A stretch of DNA of 63,531 nucleotides, counting the filler, from Octopus bimaculoides (taxonomy: Eukaryota), in the NCBI RefSeq assembly GCF_001194135.2. It is 4 parts of 4 records of this genome, joined end to end, with 100 filler letters (N's around TTAATTAATTAA, not from the genome) between each part and the next. Parts side by side here need not be neighbours in the genome. Positions count along the whole stretch, not along the records: positions 49,127 to 61,036 come from NC_068988.1; positions 61,137 to 63,531 come from NC_068987.1; 2 more parts are not named here. One strand, given 5' to 3'. Of the stretch, positions 50,391 through 63,396 are shown one piece after another. The notes beneath the pieces are model-generated. The model was not told the origin of the DNA and made no database searches. It saw only the letters and a list, made by a program, of their open reading frames with translations. Position numbers and translations under genes: made by a program. Every line of letters begins with the position of its first letter. Within the stretch, counting starts at the first letter, position 1.

Positions 50391-50804
50391 TGTTGGCACT
50401 CCGTCGCTTACGACGTCGAGGGTTCCAGTTGATCCGATCAACGGAACAGCTTGCTCGTGAAATTGACGTGCAAGTGGCTGAGCACTCCACAGANNNNNNN
50501 NNNTGATCCGATCAACGGAACAGCTTGCTCGTGAAATTGACGTGCAAGTGGCTGAGCACTCCACAGACACGTGTACCCTTAACGTAGTTCTCAAGGAGAT
50601 TCAGCATGACACAATGTATGACAAGGCTGACCCTTTGAATTACAGGCACAACAGAAACAAGGAATAAGAGTGAGAGAAACTTGTGGTGAAAGAGCACAGC
50701 AGGATTCGCCACAATCCCCTACCGGAGCTTCGTGGAGCTTTAGGTGTTTTCGCTTAATAAACACTCACAACGCCCGGTCTGGGAATCGAAAGCGCGATCC
50801 TATG
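50391..50804 (-). mobile_element. CORE-like SINE family C copy (CpG intact)
   Basis: TGTTGGCACTCCGTCGCTTACGACGTCGAGGGTTCCAGTTGATCCGATCAACGGAACAG... Same family as 44872-45185. Confidence 0.8.
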
Positions 50805-50974
50805 GGCCATTGCGTCTCCACACATACATACATACATACATACATACATACATACATACATACATACATACATACATACGTGTGTTTGTGTTGGATCACC
50901 AGAGGCGATAAATTACAGGATTCAATACAAATGTGGATTATTGTTTTATACATTATAATTCAAAGGTTCTGATT

Positions 50975-51540
50975 TCCAGTACTCAGAGTTAGTCGTTTCC
51001 GATCATCAGACTATCAGATATCCCTATATATCGCTGTACACACACAATGCGCTACCATTCTTCACTTGATTGTGCCTTTCTCTTCCAGTTGGACCCGAAT
51101 TGCTTGATCATGTCCTCTTTCCATTGCCTAGATCTTCCGAGTGATCTCTTCCGAACTCTTGTACACCACTTGACAACTGCACGTTACAGGATATCCGGCT
51201 CAGTACAACTTGTGATCACATCGTTCACTCCATTCCATTCTCGAATTATCTTATTTCGGATAAGCTCCCGAAATGGTATTCCCAGCTCATCTTTCCATGA
51301 CCCACTACATCATGACTAGTCGCTGTTCTTTCTTTCTTCGTTGAAGCCCGAGTCTCATTTGCGTATATGAATGTTAGTAGGACGGTGCTATTGAAGAGAT
51401 TATCACGCAGGGTTTTGTTCAGTTGTGCTTAGTGTATATTTCGAGGCACCTGCTTTCCATCTTGCTCTTATTCTGCGTCAGAGTTCAGCATTCGTGTTTC
51501 GGCATATATTAACTGTATTTGATGCCATATAAGACACACA
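50975..51540 (-). mobile_element. RTE LINE 3' fragment
   Basis: Minus strand RRIRARWKA...KTLRDNLFNSTVLLTFIYANETRASTKKE matches the RTE post-RT motif (LFNSTVLP.MLY.SETW). Confidence 0.7.
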
Positions 51541-51989
51541 TTTTCCCCGCAAAAAAAAAAAGTTTCAAAAACCCGGGTCCTATATGTAAAGCTGTGTCAC
51601 TTAATAGTTAATTTTGTCCTTGACGCTCCCGTTTTTCTGAATACACGCAACTGGAATTGTGGTGCATCAAATATGTCAGTGCGTCTTCTATGCCATTGAA
51701 TACGGGTTATATTTATACTAGGTGGACGTACTTCTTCACTTTCTCAATTTCATCGCTTCTCACCTCTATTTAGCTATGTGCTCCGCTTTTAGACAACATG
51801 TAATTTGTTTCATCCAGCTGTAGACTTAACTAACCGTAAATTCGACGTCCACGTTTCCGATCTTTTGGTTGGAAGAACTGAAACGCAACCTCACGTAACG
51901 GTAAATGAAGATTTGTTTCCAATACATACGTACACACACATACACACATATACATGTGTACATACATACATGTATGTGCGTGTGTGGCT

Positions 51990-52745
51990 GTGGGCGCAGG
52001 CGTGGCCGTGTGGTAAGACGTTTAGTTGCTAACTACATGGTTTCGGGTTCAGTCCCGTTGTGTGGGATCTTGGCTCAAGTGTCTTTTACTACATCCCTGA
52101 GCCAAGCAAAGTCTTATGAGTGTATTTGTTGGACAAAAACTGAAAGAAACTTGTCGTGTATATATTTATGCTATTTTTAATTGTGTACCATTTCTCCGTT
52201 TTTTTTTTTCGTCCTTGATTTCGTATACATTCGCTTGCTTTCTTCCAAGTAGTCTGGTGCTCTTAGCTTAGATTTTCTTGGGGCCGGCCAGATGGGAGCA
52301 GTCTCGAGTGTAACCGGCCGCAACTGCAAAGACGATCTGGAACTCGACTGAGGATAGGAAGCTCTGAATGACCCATCCTTGTTTTTTCCTGTCCTTTTTT
52401 GTTTTGTCTAACTGTCCGGATGTTTTGCTGTCGCCTGTTACGTTCTTGTTCCATTTTTTTCTTTATATATATACTTTTACTTGCTTCAGTCTTTTTGACT
52501 GCGGCCATGCTAGAGCACCGCCTTGAAGGGTTTTATTGGAACAAATCGATCCCAGAACTTATTATTTAAAATCGGTTTCTTCATATATATGTGTGTGTGT
52601 TTGACACTACATCGCTTGACAACTGGTGTTGGTTTGTTTCAGTCCTCATAACTTAGCGGTTCGTTAAAAGAACCAGTAAGGTATAAGCACCGTCAAGGCG
52701 GTGCCCCAGCATGGTGGCAACCCAATGACTGAAACAAATATAAAT
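51990..52745. mobile_element. Cluster of SINE family B fragments (+ head 51990-52160, - tail 52470-52560, + tail 52580-52740)
   Basis: Matches to the family B segments at 44308 and 56497. Confidence 0.7.
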
Positions 52746-53114
52746 ATATATATACATTCATATACGAGTGTGTAGACAGTGTATGTATACATGCATATCT
52801 ATACTGTGTGTGTTTGTGTAGAAATGAGTGTGAGCATTTATATATGCACACACACACACATACACAAGCGCGCGCACGCGCACGCACACACACACACACA
52901 CACATACACACACGCACGCACTATATGATTAAATAGATGTCTTTATAAGTATATATATAGATTCTAGAGTACATACTTATATACATGAATCTGTTTATTA
53001 TTTGTAATTTTGTAACTCACCATCCCTAATACTAACATATTTTCTGTCTAGATAAACTGAGTAAACTAGTTTAGTAGCCAGCACACTTCGATCAGCCATA
53101 GAAGGATGATTCAA

Positions 53115-53532
53115 AGCGGCGAGCTGGCAGAAACGTTAGCACGCCGGGCGAAATGCCTAGCGGTATTTCGTCTGAGTTCAAATTCTGCCGAGGTCGACTT
53201 TGCCTTCATCCTTTCGAGGTCGATAAATTAAGTACCAGTTACGCTCTGGGGTCGATGTAATCGACTTAATCCCTTTGTCTGTCCTTGTTTGTCTTCTCTA
53301 TGTTTAGCCCCTCGTGAGCAATAAAGAAATAAGAAACGTTAGCACGCCGGGCGAAATGCTTAGCGGTATTTCGTCTGTCTGTCTTTACGTTCTGAGTTCA
53401 AATTCCGCCGAGATCGACTTTGCCTTTCATCTTTTCAGGTCGATAAATTAAGTATCAATTGCGTATTGGGGTCGATCTAATCGACTGGCGGCCTCTCCAA
53501 AAAATTCGGGCCTTGTGCATATAGTAGAAAAA
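53115..53532 (+). mobile_element. Two tandem SINE family A copies with different 3' tails
   Basis: Copy 1 ends ...TATGTTTAGCCCCTCGTGAGCAATAAAGAAATAAG; copy 2 ends ...CGGGCCTTGTGCATATAGTAGAAAA. CpGs are intact. Confidence 0.9.
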
Positions 53533-53845
53533 ATGAAAAGGCTGATTCAATTTAAGTCTTTCTTTAAATCGTGTTTGTGTTATTTATTTTTTAAACTAAA
53601 TTAGTTTCAAGTATCCCTCACGTTTTTTTAGGAATTAGTGCATGTTTAAATCATTAATTGTGCCAGTCTTCGTCTGTGGCCATGCTGGGGCACCACCTTT
53701 GAAGGTTTAATTCTGTTATGTTAACTAAGGGCCTGTTTCTGTCAGATATTTATTTTATCGGCTACTATTTATCAAATAGCTAAGTTACTCTTTGACATCA
53801 CGAGACGTTATTACACGCGGTGTTATATATATATACATTTATATA

Positions 53846-54007
53846 CTCTTTTATTCTTTTACATGTTTCAGTCATTTGACTGTGGCCATGTACTTGTTCT
53901 ATCAATCTCTTCGCCGAACCTCTAAGCTACGGGGACGTAAACACACCAACATCGGTTGTCAAGCGATGGTGGGGAGACAAGCACAGACATACAAATACAT
54001 ATATATA

Positions 54008-54050
<43 letters not shown>

Positions 54051-54253
54051 GTGTGTGTGTGTGTGTATGTATGTATATGTGATATATATATATATAGACG
54101 ATGTGCTTCTTTCAGTTTCTGTCTACCAAATCCACTCACAAGACTGGTCGACCCGAGGCTAGAGTAGAAGACACTTGCCAGGGTACCAGACAGTGGGACT
54201 GAACCCGGAACCATATGGTTCAAAAGCAAGCTTCTTACCACACAGCCATTCCT
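53846..54253 (-). mobile_element. SINE family B copy
   Basis: Reverse complement of the family B consensus. Confidence 0.85.
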
Positions 54254-55658
54254 ATTATATATACACGTACACGCACATCACACACACACATTAACACTCA
54301 CACACCTATAACACATGCATACACATTACACGTAGATATATTTATATGTATATATAAATCTGTATATTTAATATATATGTCTATATATGGGTATGTATAT
54401 ATATATATTTGTGTGTGTATGCGTGAGTATGTGTGTGTGCGTGTGTGTATGTGTAAAAAACGTGTGTGTGTATATATATATATACCTGAATGCATATTTA
54501 TAAACATGTACATATGTTATATAACATTTACATATACATATTACATTAATATACACTCTTTCACACACACACACACACAAACACACATTTGAATTCAGTG
54601 TCTGTTTTTTTTTTTTTGTTTTTTTTAATGTTTATTCAACAGAAAAACGCTGGCCGTAACTTCGATATTTCGCCGATGACTATATCACTGTACCCACACA
54701 TCCTTAACACTGATCGAGGTAGACGGGAGACGATGGGCTCTTTACTGTGTCTGTAACTGGATAAGATAGTGGAAAGAAATGCCATAAATTTGGCCATGAA
54801 TTAATTTTTTTCTTTCAACTCGAGGCATTCGAGATGTTCCGTAGAAAAGCGAAGTTTTTATCGTCATTATTTTGTCCCGTCTCACCGGATTATCAGGTGA
54901 TGCTCCGAAGAGTGTCTAGTTATCTCCAGCGGCAATGACCTCGCCATCAGCTACGATAATAGTGCTGTGAGTGTTATGGGGTTACCTTAAATATTTCACA
55001 GATGAAAACCAGTATTATTTGGTGCAGGATATATTTAAGAGAGTATGCCCCATTAGAAAAGAAAAAAAAGTGTTGTTCCCCCCCTACTTATTTTTATTGT
55101 TATTTGTTTGCTCATTCATATTTGTAAGCTGTATTCTCTAAAACTTTTATTAATTAATAAAACGGTGGAATATTCTTGTCATAAAATTCCAGGGAAATAA
55201 GTTAGAGAAAATAATAAAAAAAGGCAACGACACACACACAGACACACACACGCAGATACTCAAGTACGTCTACGGAACTCTGAAATGAATGGACGCTCTA
55301 TGCGTGTGTGTCTATAGCTATGGTATATGAGTTCGAATCCGTTGCTGCTTTTTAGCTTTAGGCACTACATTGCCTGATATGTGTGTGTGTAATTTACAGG
55401 CGGCTTCCTACGGCGTTCGGTCGCGTCTTAAGACAGTGTTTTACTCTATATAAGACCGCAGTTTGCTTAGTTAACTACAATAGGTGTGTAAAATACTTTT
55501 GATACACTGCTATTGTTCGTCGGGCGGTGGTGGGATGGAATTGTCCCTTATTACCGCAGAATATTACGCTTTTATATCACTATTATTCTAGTGTTATTTA
55601 TTGCTATACTTCAAACTCTTAAGTGATTATAGATAACCCCCACCTCTCTCTTCAAATA

Positions 55659-55937
55659 CAGGCATACCTCAACTTACGTCAGCGATTAGTTCCAAGGTAT
55701 GCAGCTTAATCGAAAAACGATGTAACACGATAAAAACATTAAACAAATTTATTAGCTTCTGTCTGTTTTCCTAAACGATTTCTACATATTTTCATATGTA
55801 ATCCCTTTGACTCTTCGTTTCAGTATTGGTTTTTGGGTATTATTTAAAATTGTTATGCTTTTAAATAAGTGATCGCTGAGAGAGACGTGAACTCGAAGCA
55901 GACGTAACTCGAAACGACGTAAGTTGAGATATGTCTG
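55659..55937. mobile_element. pogo/Tigger-like MITE
   Basis: TA-CAGGCATACCTCAACTTACG ... CGTAAGTTGAGATATGTCTG-TA. Confidence 0.85.
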
Positions 55938-55969
55938 TACATAGATATATATGTTTGTGCATGCGCGTG

Positions 55970-56780
55970 CTTTCCGAACCACATGGTTCTGGGTTCAATC
56001 CCACTGAGTGGCTTCTTGGGCAAACATCTATTATAGCCCTTGGCTGACCAAAGCTTTGTGAGTGGATTTGGTAGACAGAAACTGGAAGAAGCCTGTCGTA
56101 TATGTGTGTGCGTGTGTGTGTATACGTGTTTGTGTTTATTCCCACCACCACCACGTGACAACTGCTGTTGGTTTATTTACGTTCCCGTTAACTTGCGGTT
56201 CGGCAAAAGGAACCGATAGGTTTTAGCAAATGAATCCTGGGTTCGATTTGTTCGACTGAACCCTTCAAGGCGATGCTCCAGCCCGGCCGCAGTTTGATGA
56301 CTAAAACAAGTAAAAAATAAAAGCTGTGTACACACGCACACATACGCGCGTATATATACATATATATATATATATATANNNNNNNNNNNNNNNNNNNNNN
56401 NNNNNNNNNNNNNNNNNNNNNNNNNNNNNNNNNNNNNNNNNNNNNNNNNNNNNNNNNNNNNNNNNNNNNNNNNNNNNNNNNNNNNNNNNNNNNNNNAGTG
56501 GATTTGGTTGAAGGAAACTGAAAGAAACCCGTCGTGTGTATGTGTGTGTGTGTGTGTGTGTGTCTGTGTTTGTCCCCCCCCCGCATCGCTTGACAACCGA
56601 TGTTGGTGTGTTTACGTCCCCGTAAAGTTAGCGGTTTGGCAAAAGGAAACCGATAGAATAAGTACTAGGCTTACAAGGAATAAGTCTTCAGGTCGATTTG
56701 TTCGACTTAAATTCCCTTAAGGTGGTGCTCCAGCATGGCTGCAGTCAAATGACTGAATCAAGTAAAAGAATAAAAGAATA
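55970..56780 (+). mobile_element. Two SINE family B copies (55970-56322 and 56497-56780)
   Basis: Both match the family B consensus and end GACT(G/A)AAACAAGTAAAA(G/A)AATAA. Confidence 0.85.
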
Positions 56781-57214
56781 TATGTGTGTGTGTGTGTGTA
56801 CACACATAGGAGCATAAACATAGTGACATACACAGGCATACACTCACATAACGCGCGCGTACTCACAAATACTCTTGTACTCGTCAGTTGGAAAGTGAAA
56901 CAGCATACAGTGACACACACACATTTATTCATGCATTTTCGTACGGACTTTCCCCGTCGTCTCCTTGTCGAATAAATATGCTAGTAGATAGAGATTGTGC
57001 ACCCCGCCACCCGGCATTAGCAGCCCTTCCAAAATGTGTAATGTTTTATAAAAAAAAAAAGAAAAAAACTCTTCCAACACACAAATTTTGTCACACATTC
57101 CGCAACCTCTTTAGACATATTCTTATTCAAAAATGTACGGTATTGTCTTGTATGTAGACATTTACACTCTGTTGTTACCGTACAAACAAATGCACGCACA
57201 CACGCACTTGCCGA

Positions 57215-57901
57215 CTTATGTCAGTTAACTCAACAACGTGCTTTCTGAGAAGCGAACACACATGCACACAAACAAACGGTGACGCTGCAGCAGCAGCAGC
57301 AACAAGAAGAAGAAGAAGAACAGCAGCAGCTGCAATAGCAGCAGCATATTTATTGAGCAGCAGCAGCTGTGATCAGCAGCAGCAGCAAAAGTAGTGAGTC
57401 GGCCGCCGTTTGGTGGCGGTGAGAGGAGGAAGTTACTGACTGACTGTACACACATATACACACAAGTATATTTACACATATGTATACACTAACGAACGTT
57501 TTAGAACCGCCCTCACATATCTGAATACTTACACTGACGTATACATACACACACACAGACTGCTGACTGTCAGAGAAAGGACAGTATAGTGTTCAGTGTA
57601 TTCGGAGCGCGTGCGCCTGTGTATATATAAATATACATATATACATAGTTCTTTCTTTAAGGCGTATTTGAACCGTTGGACTTATTACATTACACAAAAC
57701 AACCTGCATGTAAATTAAACATACATACATATTCACCTGAATAATTTATTTCAGCTTTTGTCCACTCTTGGATCTATATTTTTTTTTTCTAAACGGAGGC
57801 AGAAATTTACCTTACTATTTTGGATTTAAGTTGACTGCTACTGATTGCGGGTAATTTCATAATTATACGGCTTGTATCACCCGAAAAGCCCACAGGTAAG
57901 T
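57215..57901 (+). promoter_or_regulatory. Candidate internal promoter and non-coding first exon
   Basis: Inr-like TCAGTT at 57221, TGACGT at 57535, unique CpG-retaining sequence with CAG/GAA runs, and a perfect donor CAG/GTAAGT at 57896. All three frames just upstream of the donor are closed. Confidence 0.3.
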
Positions 57902-58711
57902 TATTAAGACAAAAAAAAAGTTTATTTCTTGTGCGCGCATTCACAGATAGGCTGTCTTATCTATATATCACATTCTGTTGTCTTATCAGCCTGTTATCTA
58001 TCTATCTATCTATCTATCTTTCAATCAGTTTTCTATTAATCTATCGGTCTCTCATTGTATGTACCTATTTCTGACTATAAGGCAATATTTGTCTGACTCA
58101 ATTTTGTTATATATATATATAAATATTATATATATATATGTATGTATGTATGTGTATGTGTGCGCTTGTGTATGTGTGTATAAGAAGCCTTAAAAATACA
58201 GGCTAGCTTAAAGCGACAAAGAACTCAATGCAGGTGTACAGCATAACTTCGAAGTCACAGTTCGCGTCATGTTTGAATAATATGTGTGTTTATGTAGATA
58301 TATATACATATACACTCACGCACAAATGCACATATCTATACATATATACATCCACACACATATCTATCCGTATATATAAATACATACAGCGTCGGGGTAG
58401 GGGCGCACTTGTATAGGTATGCTCAAATATATATACACACACACATTTATATACGCGCGCATATTGATATCTACCTGTCGTTGTCTATTTACTTCTAGAT
58501 ATGTATGTTTATCTGTTGTCATTCCGTCTTTGTCTACCTGTCTATTTATCTGTATTTTCTGTCCAGTTACCTATCTAACCATCTCTCTCCCTTATCTTTT
58601 AGTCAATCTGTCTATCGGTCTTTCTCTCTCACACACATGTGTTTGTGTATGCACATATGTGTGTGTGTGTGTGTGTGTGCTTGTAAGATTTGCCAGTCTG
58701 TCATCTACTTC

Positions 58712-58748
<37 letters not shown>

Positions 58749-59580
58749 ATCTGTAATTTTCTATCATCTACATATATATATATATAATCTGTAGTTTTCT
58801 ATCAATTTATATTTATCAGTCTATTTATATCTATCTTTTCATGTAGCTCCTTATCAATCTATTTATATCTATCTTTCTATTTATATCTCTATAACTATCA
58901 GTTGATATATATATATAGATAGATAGATATATGTATATATATATGTAAATGTGTGTGTAACTATATTGATCTATTAGTCCACACACACACGCGCGCTCTC
59001 TCTCTCTCTCTCAAACATGCACTTGCGCGTACATATATGCGCGTCTGTGTATACCTGTATGTATTTTGTGTATTTGACAGTATCTATAATGTATATAGAT
59101 ATACACAACTACAAATATAGATACGCACACACACACACACACAAATACGTCCGTTTGAGTTAACAAACAAGAAGAAACAGTACTCAATGTCGAAGTACAG
59201 TGTAAATATTTATTGTAATTCTGAGAATAATCTTTGTTACTTCTCAGAGTTTCGCAATTGCCGCTTATCACGTAACTAATCTCGTATTACTTTTCTTATG
59301 TGATATAACAAAAATATGAGTGGGCAGTCTTTGAAAAGAAAATTTAAAGCGAGAGGTAGTAATATATGTATAATATATATATATATGAGTAAAATAGAAC
59401 AAAAGTGTGTATATATGTACATGCATACACGTGTACATACAAAATTTAAGTTAATGTTGGACGAAAGGCACAATACATTTCTACACTCACACACAAATAC
59501 GGTGACATTTTTATTTTTATTTCCTTAGTGAACAGGGATACAGTCCTTATCTGATCAGTTCTTTAGTTTATCTATCAATT

Positions 59581-59626
<46 letters not shown>

Positions 59627-59871
59627 AAGACCATACCTGTTTATGGAAGTTGTCTTCCTGACTTATTTTCACGTTATTTTTCTATCTATATATCTATCTA
59701 TCCATGTTTCTGCCTGTCGCTTTTTATATTTATTTACCTGTCCACCTGTTCGCTTTTTCATTTATATTCATATGGGCTCAGAGACAATCATGCACTTTAT
59801 ACACACGTATCTTGAAAGTATGTTTATTTGCAAATTTGTTTCATTTTGCCTTGCCAACTGCCTTCACATAT

Positions 59872-59916
<45 letters not shown>

Positions 59917-60851
59917 AAATACGAGAAATATTAGAGATATTTGTAATATAGTTACACGATATGCATATAAAATGTTAATGTTAAGAAATATACTTAATGA
60001 AAATAATGTTATGTATGAAATATGTAATGAATGTGTGCGTGTGTGTAATTGAAAAATAAAAAAGAGAATAATAAGAAATTTTATTAGTGAATATTAACGT
60101 TCGTATCAGAGGTAATTTGTTCGGGGTTTTTATTGAGGGTTTTATGTATGTTGGCTCTTTTTAAGTGTGTGATTGATGTAAATAGATCGTGAAAGTGTCT
60201 CAAGAGGTAATCTACGAGCTCACACTTCGAAACCAGTTGAAACTTGGTATATAATAAATAATTCATCAGAGCGTTAAATATCTCTTCTGAGCAGATTCGG
60301 CATTTATTATATATTTTAGTTTAAGGATTCATATATTCAATAAGTGACCAGTATATTTTAATGTTTAAGGTTTTTAGAGATTTTTTTTTCTCTAAGACCC
60401 CAGATATATTTAGCCAATGACGTAGTGATCTTGTATTCTAGATATCGAAAGGAGAATAGGTGTTGCGTATATCGACTTTTAAATGAATTTGCTGTAAAGC
60501 CGATATAGTCTCTATTTATATCATCAGGTGAAGAGATTTTGGCTCAGTATCTCAAAAATTTATCACGGCACTTTCCAAGCAGGACACAACACTTAATAAC
60601 GATAGAATTGCATGAAAATGAAGATTCAGACCATTTTGTATGTGTTTTCTCAAGTCGAACTTCGATAGTGAAAAAGCTGTAGCCAACATTTACTTTATTT
60701 CTATTGAAAGCATTGTTGACTATGTGTGTACATGTATTCGATGTACATTTATGTGAGTAGGTATGCAAATATACACGTGTTCATAGGTATATACTCAAAT
60801 AAGTGTATATAAATGTGTCTATGAAATATTAACACGTAAAAAATTTATTTG

Positions 60852-60888
<37 letters not shown>

Positions 60889-60940
60889 TTATGTGTATGA
60901 ATGAAAAATGTTATGTTTATGTATTGTTTATAAACGCATG

Positions 60941-60992
<52 letters not shown>

Positions 60993-61080
60993 GTATATGA
61001 CTGTATTTATATATATATATATATATATACATATATNNNNNNNNNNNNNNNNNNNNNNNNNNNNNNNNNNNNNNNNNNNN

Positions 61081-61092
61081 TTAATTAATTAA
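61081..61092. other. Assembly linker TTAATTAATTAA
   Basis: 44 N on each side. Confidence 0.9.
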
Positions 61093-61726
61093 NNNNNNNN
61101 NNNNNNNNNNNNNNNNNNNNNNNNNNNNNNNNNNNNATATATATATAAAAGCAAAATTGCACAAACGATCACGCAACATAATCACACAACCCCCCACAGG
61201 CAACCTATTCAACCTGGCAAAAACATCCATCTTTCACCATCTTTTGAATAGGATTATTTCCTTTCTATCATCTCACCACACATATACCACCAAATCTATT
61301 TCTTCTATTCTCAAATTCACAAGAACACCACCTGCGCATACAGACTATGTCACTTCTTTCAATCCCTTTCCACCGTCTATAAATAGGCTTGGCAGCATCC
61401 TAAAATATGATACTACTAACTACCTTTCCTACCCATCCCTTCCCTTTATCTCTGTCCTTGGTTCATCACTCATACCCCCACCACCTATATACTACACACA
61501 CGCATTCCTTCCTANNNNNNNNNNAAGAGAAGATGTTAAAATATATAAGAGAATTTTAATTCATGCAGACGATTATTTCATACAGAGATATAAAAATCAT
61601 GCAAATTTATGGTTGAATTGAATTAATTAATTTAATTCACATGCACACACATCCATTTCATATACACATACACACATCTTTCACTTTAAAACAAAAGTAA
61701 ATAAATAAAAGTTTTTTTTACAGAAA

Positions 61727-63157
61727 ATGGCATAGTGGTTAAGAGCGCGGGCTACTAACCCCAAGATTCCAAGTTTGATTCCAGGAAGTGACCTGAATGA
61801 TGATAATAATAATAATAATAATAATGATAATAATAATAATAAAAGAGGAAAATTAGTTAAAAATAGCAACATCACACTAGATAAAGCCAATGAAACAAGA
61901 AAACTAGACGAAAGCCAGCCATACAAATATTTAGGAGTCAACTAGATAGGATACAACACACACAAATGAAAGAAAAAATAAAGAAAGAGTACTATAGACG
62001 AGTTAGATCAATACTAAAAACAGAGCTCAATGCTAAAAACAAGATAATAGGTATTAACACTTTAGCTGTCCCAATTATAAGTTACAGCTACAATATCCTT
62101 AACTGGACACTAAACGAACTATCTAAAATAGACAGGAAAACAAGAAAAATAATGACAGGATATAGGATGCACCACCCAAAATCTGACATAGAAAGGCTAT
62201 ATATACAATGCACAGAAGGTGGCAGGGGTCTTATACAGCTGGAAAACTATTATAAAATAACCACCATAGGACTGCAAAAATACCTANNNNNNNNNNNNNN
62301 NNNNNNNNNNNNNNNNNNNNNNNNNNNNNNNNNNNNNNNNNNNNNNNNNNNNNNNNNNNNNNNNNNNNNNNNNNNNNNNNNNNNNNNNNNNNNNNNNNNN
62401 NNNNNNNNNNNNNNNNNNNNNNNNNNNNNNNNNNNNNNNNNNNNNNNNNNNNNNNNNNNNNNNNNNNNNNNNNNNNNNNNNNNNNNNNNNNNNNNNNNNN
62501 NNNNNNNNNNNNNNNNNNNNNNNNNNNNNNNNNNNNNNNNNNNNNNNNNNNNNNNNNNNNNNNNNNNNNNNNNNNNNNNNNNNNNNNNNNNNNNNNNNNN
62601 NNNNNNNNNNNNNNNNNNNNNNNNNNNNNNNNNNNNNCAGCAGATGACAACGTTTCCCTAAAAGGAATGGAAAAACTTTCAAAATACAAAGACCTGGAAA
62701 TAGAGGTAACTTGAATGTGGAATCTAAAAACAGAAACAATTCCTATCATAGTAGGTGCCTTAGGTATAATAAAAAAATATTCCGACAAATACATAACAAA
62801 AACACCAGGACTTACAAATATATATAACATACAGAAAATTGCACTACAGGGCACTGCACACATCCTACGCAAAACACTTTCAATACAGTAACCATAAGAG
62901 CATCGCAGCAAACCACAGCACATACCCAAGACACACAGAACTGCGCTTGGTAGTGAAGTGAAAGCACGTTATAAAAATAAAACTACTGAACAGTAATAAT
63001 AATAACATCATAGAAAAATACCTTAGGAATGAGAACCCAGGTTCCAAATTTTCCCAAGACACGTGATGAAGGCAGGAGGGTATATCAGCCGAAACATTGT
63101 GTTAACAACAAAGAAGATGAGGACAAATATCCGTCAATTGTAAATAAGGTAAATAAT
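61727..63157 (+). mobile_element. Second copy of the tRNA-head/TAA/hammerhead module, split by a Dong insertion (parts 61727-61841 and 62994-63157)
   Basis: Both parts match 15890-16100, and this copy keeps the A box seen at 15551-15626. The hammerhead at 63058-63103 is mutated (GTGATGA; GAAACATT). Confidence 0.85.
61842..62990 (+). mobile_element. 5'-truncated Dong/R4 LINE inserted in a (TAA)n tract
   Basis: KKEYYRRVRSILKTELNAKNKIIGINTLAVPII...MHHPKSDIERLYIQCTEGGRGLIQLE, then RLE C-terminus KLSKYKDLEIEVT*MWNLKTETIPIIVGALG...LQGTAHILRKTLSIQ* (stop 62889-62891). TAA repeats lie on both sides. Confidence 0.9.
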
Positions 63158-63357
63158 GAAATCACATTCAGTTAAAAATATTTCTAAATGATTAAAATAT
63201 TATGTACATCAAAAAGTTGATGTTTTTTTCTTAGAAAGCACAAAGACTAAGTGTGTGTGCATGTCACAGATAGTGGATGTGTGTTTGTGTTGACTGACAA
63301 GCCATGTCTTTTTGTCAAGAAATAACAAACAAAAATTGTGTTTAATCATTTAAATAG

Positions 63358-63396
63358 AGGTCCAAATGTCTCAAAAATTTGTCTGCACTGCCGAAG
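63358..63396 (+). CDS. Candidate 39-nt exon (possibly aPKC hinge, phase 1/1)
   Basis: gtttaatcatttaaatag/AGGTCC...GCCGAAG/gtaagt has a perfect donor. The phase-1 reading is (E)VQMSQKFVCTAE. The acceptor tract is weak and there is no homology support. Confidence 0.3.

Noticed and set aside
60412-60424. Overlapping CCAAT and TGACGT motifs
   Set aside because: Short motifs are expected by chance in 63 kb, and there is no other promoter evidence at this site.
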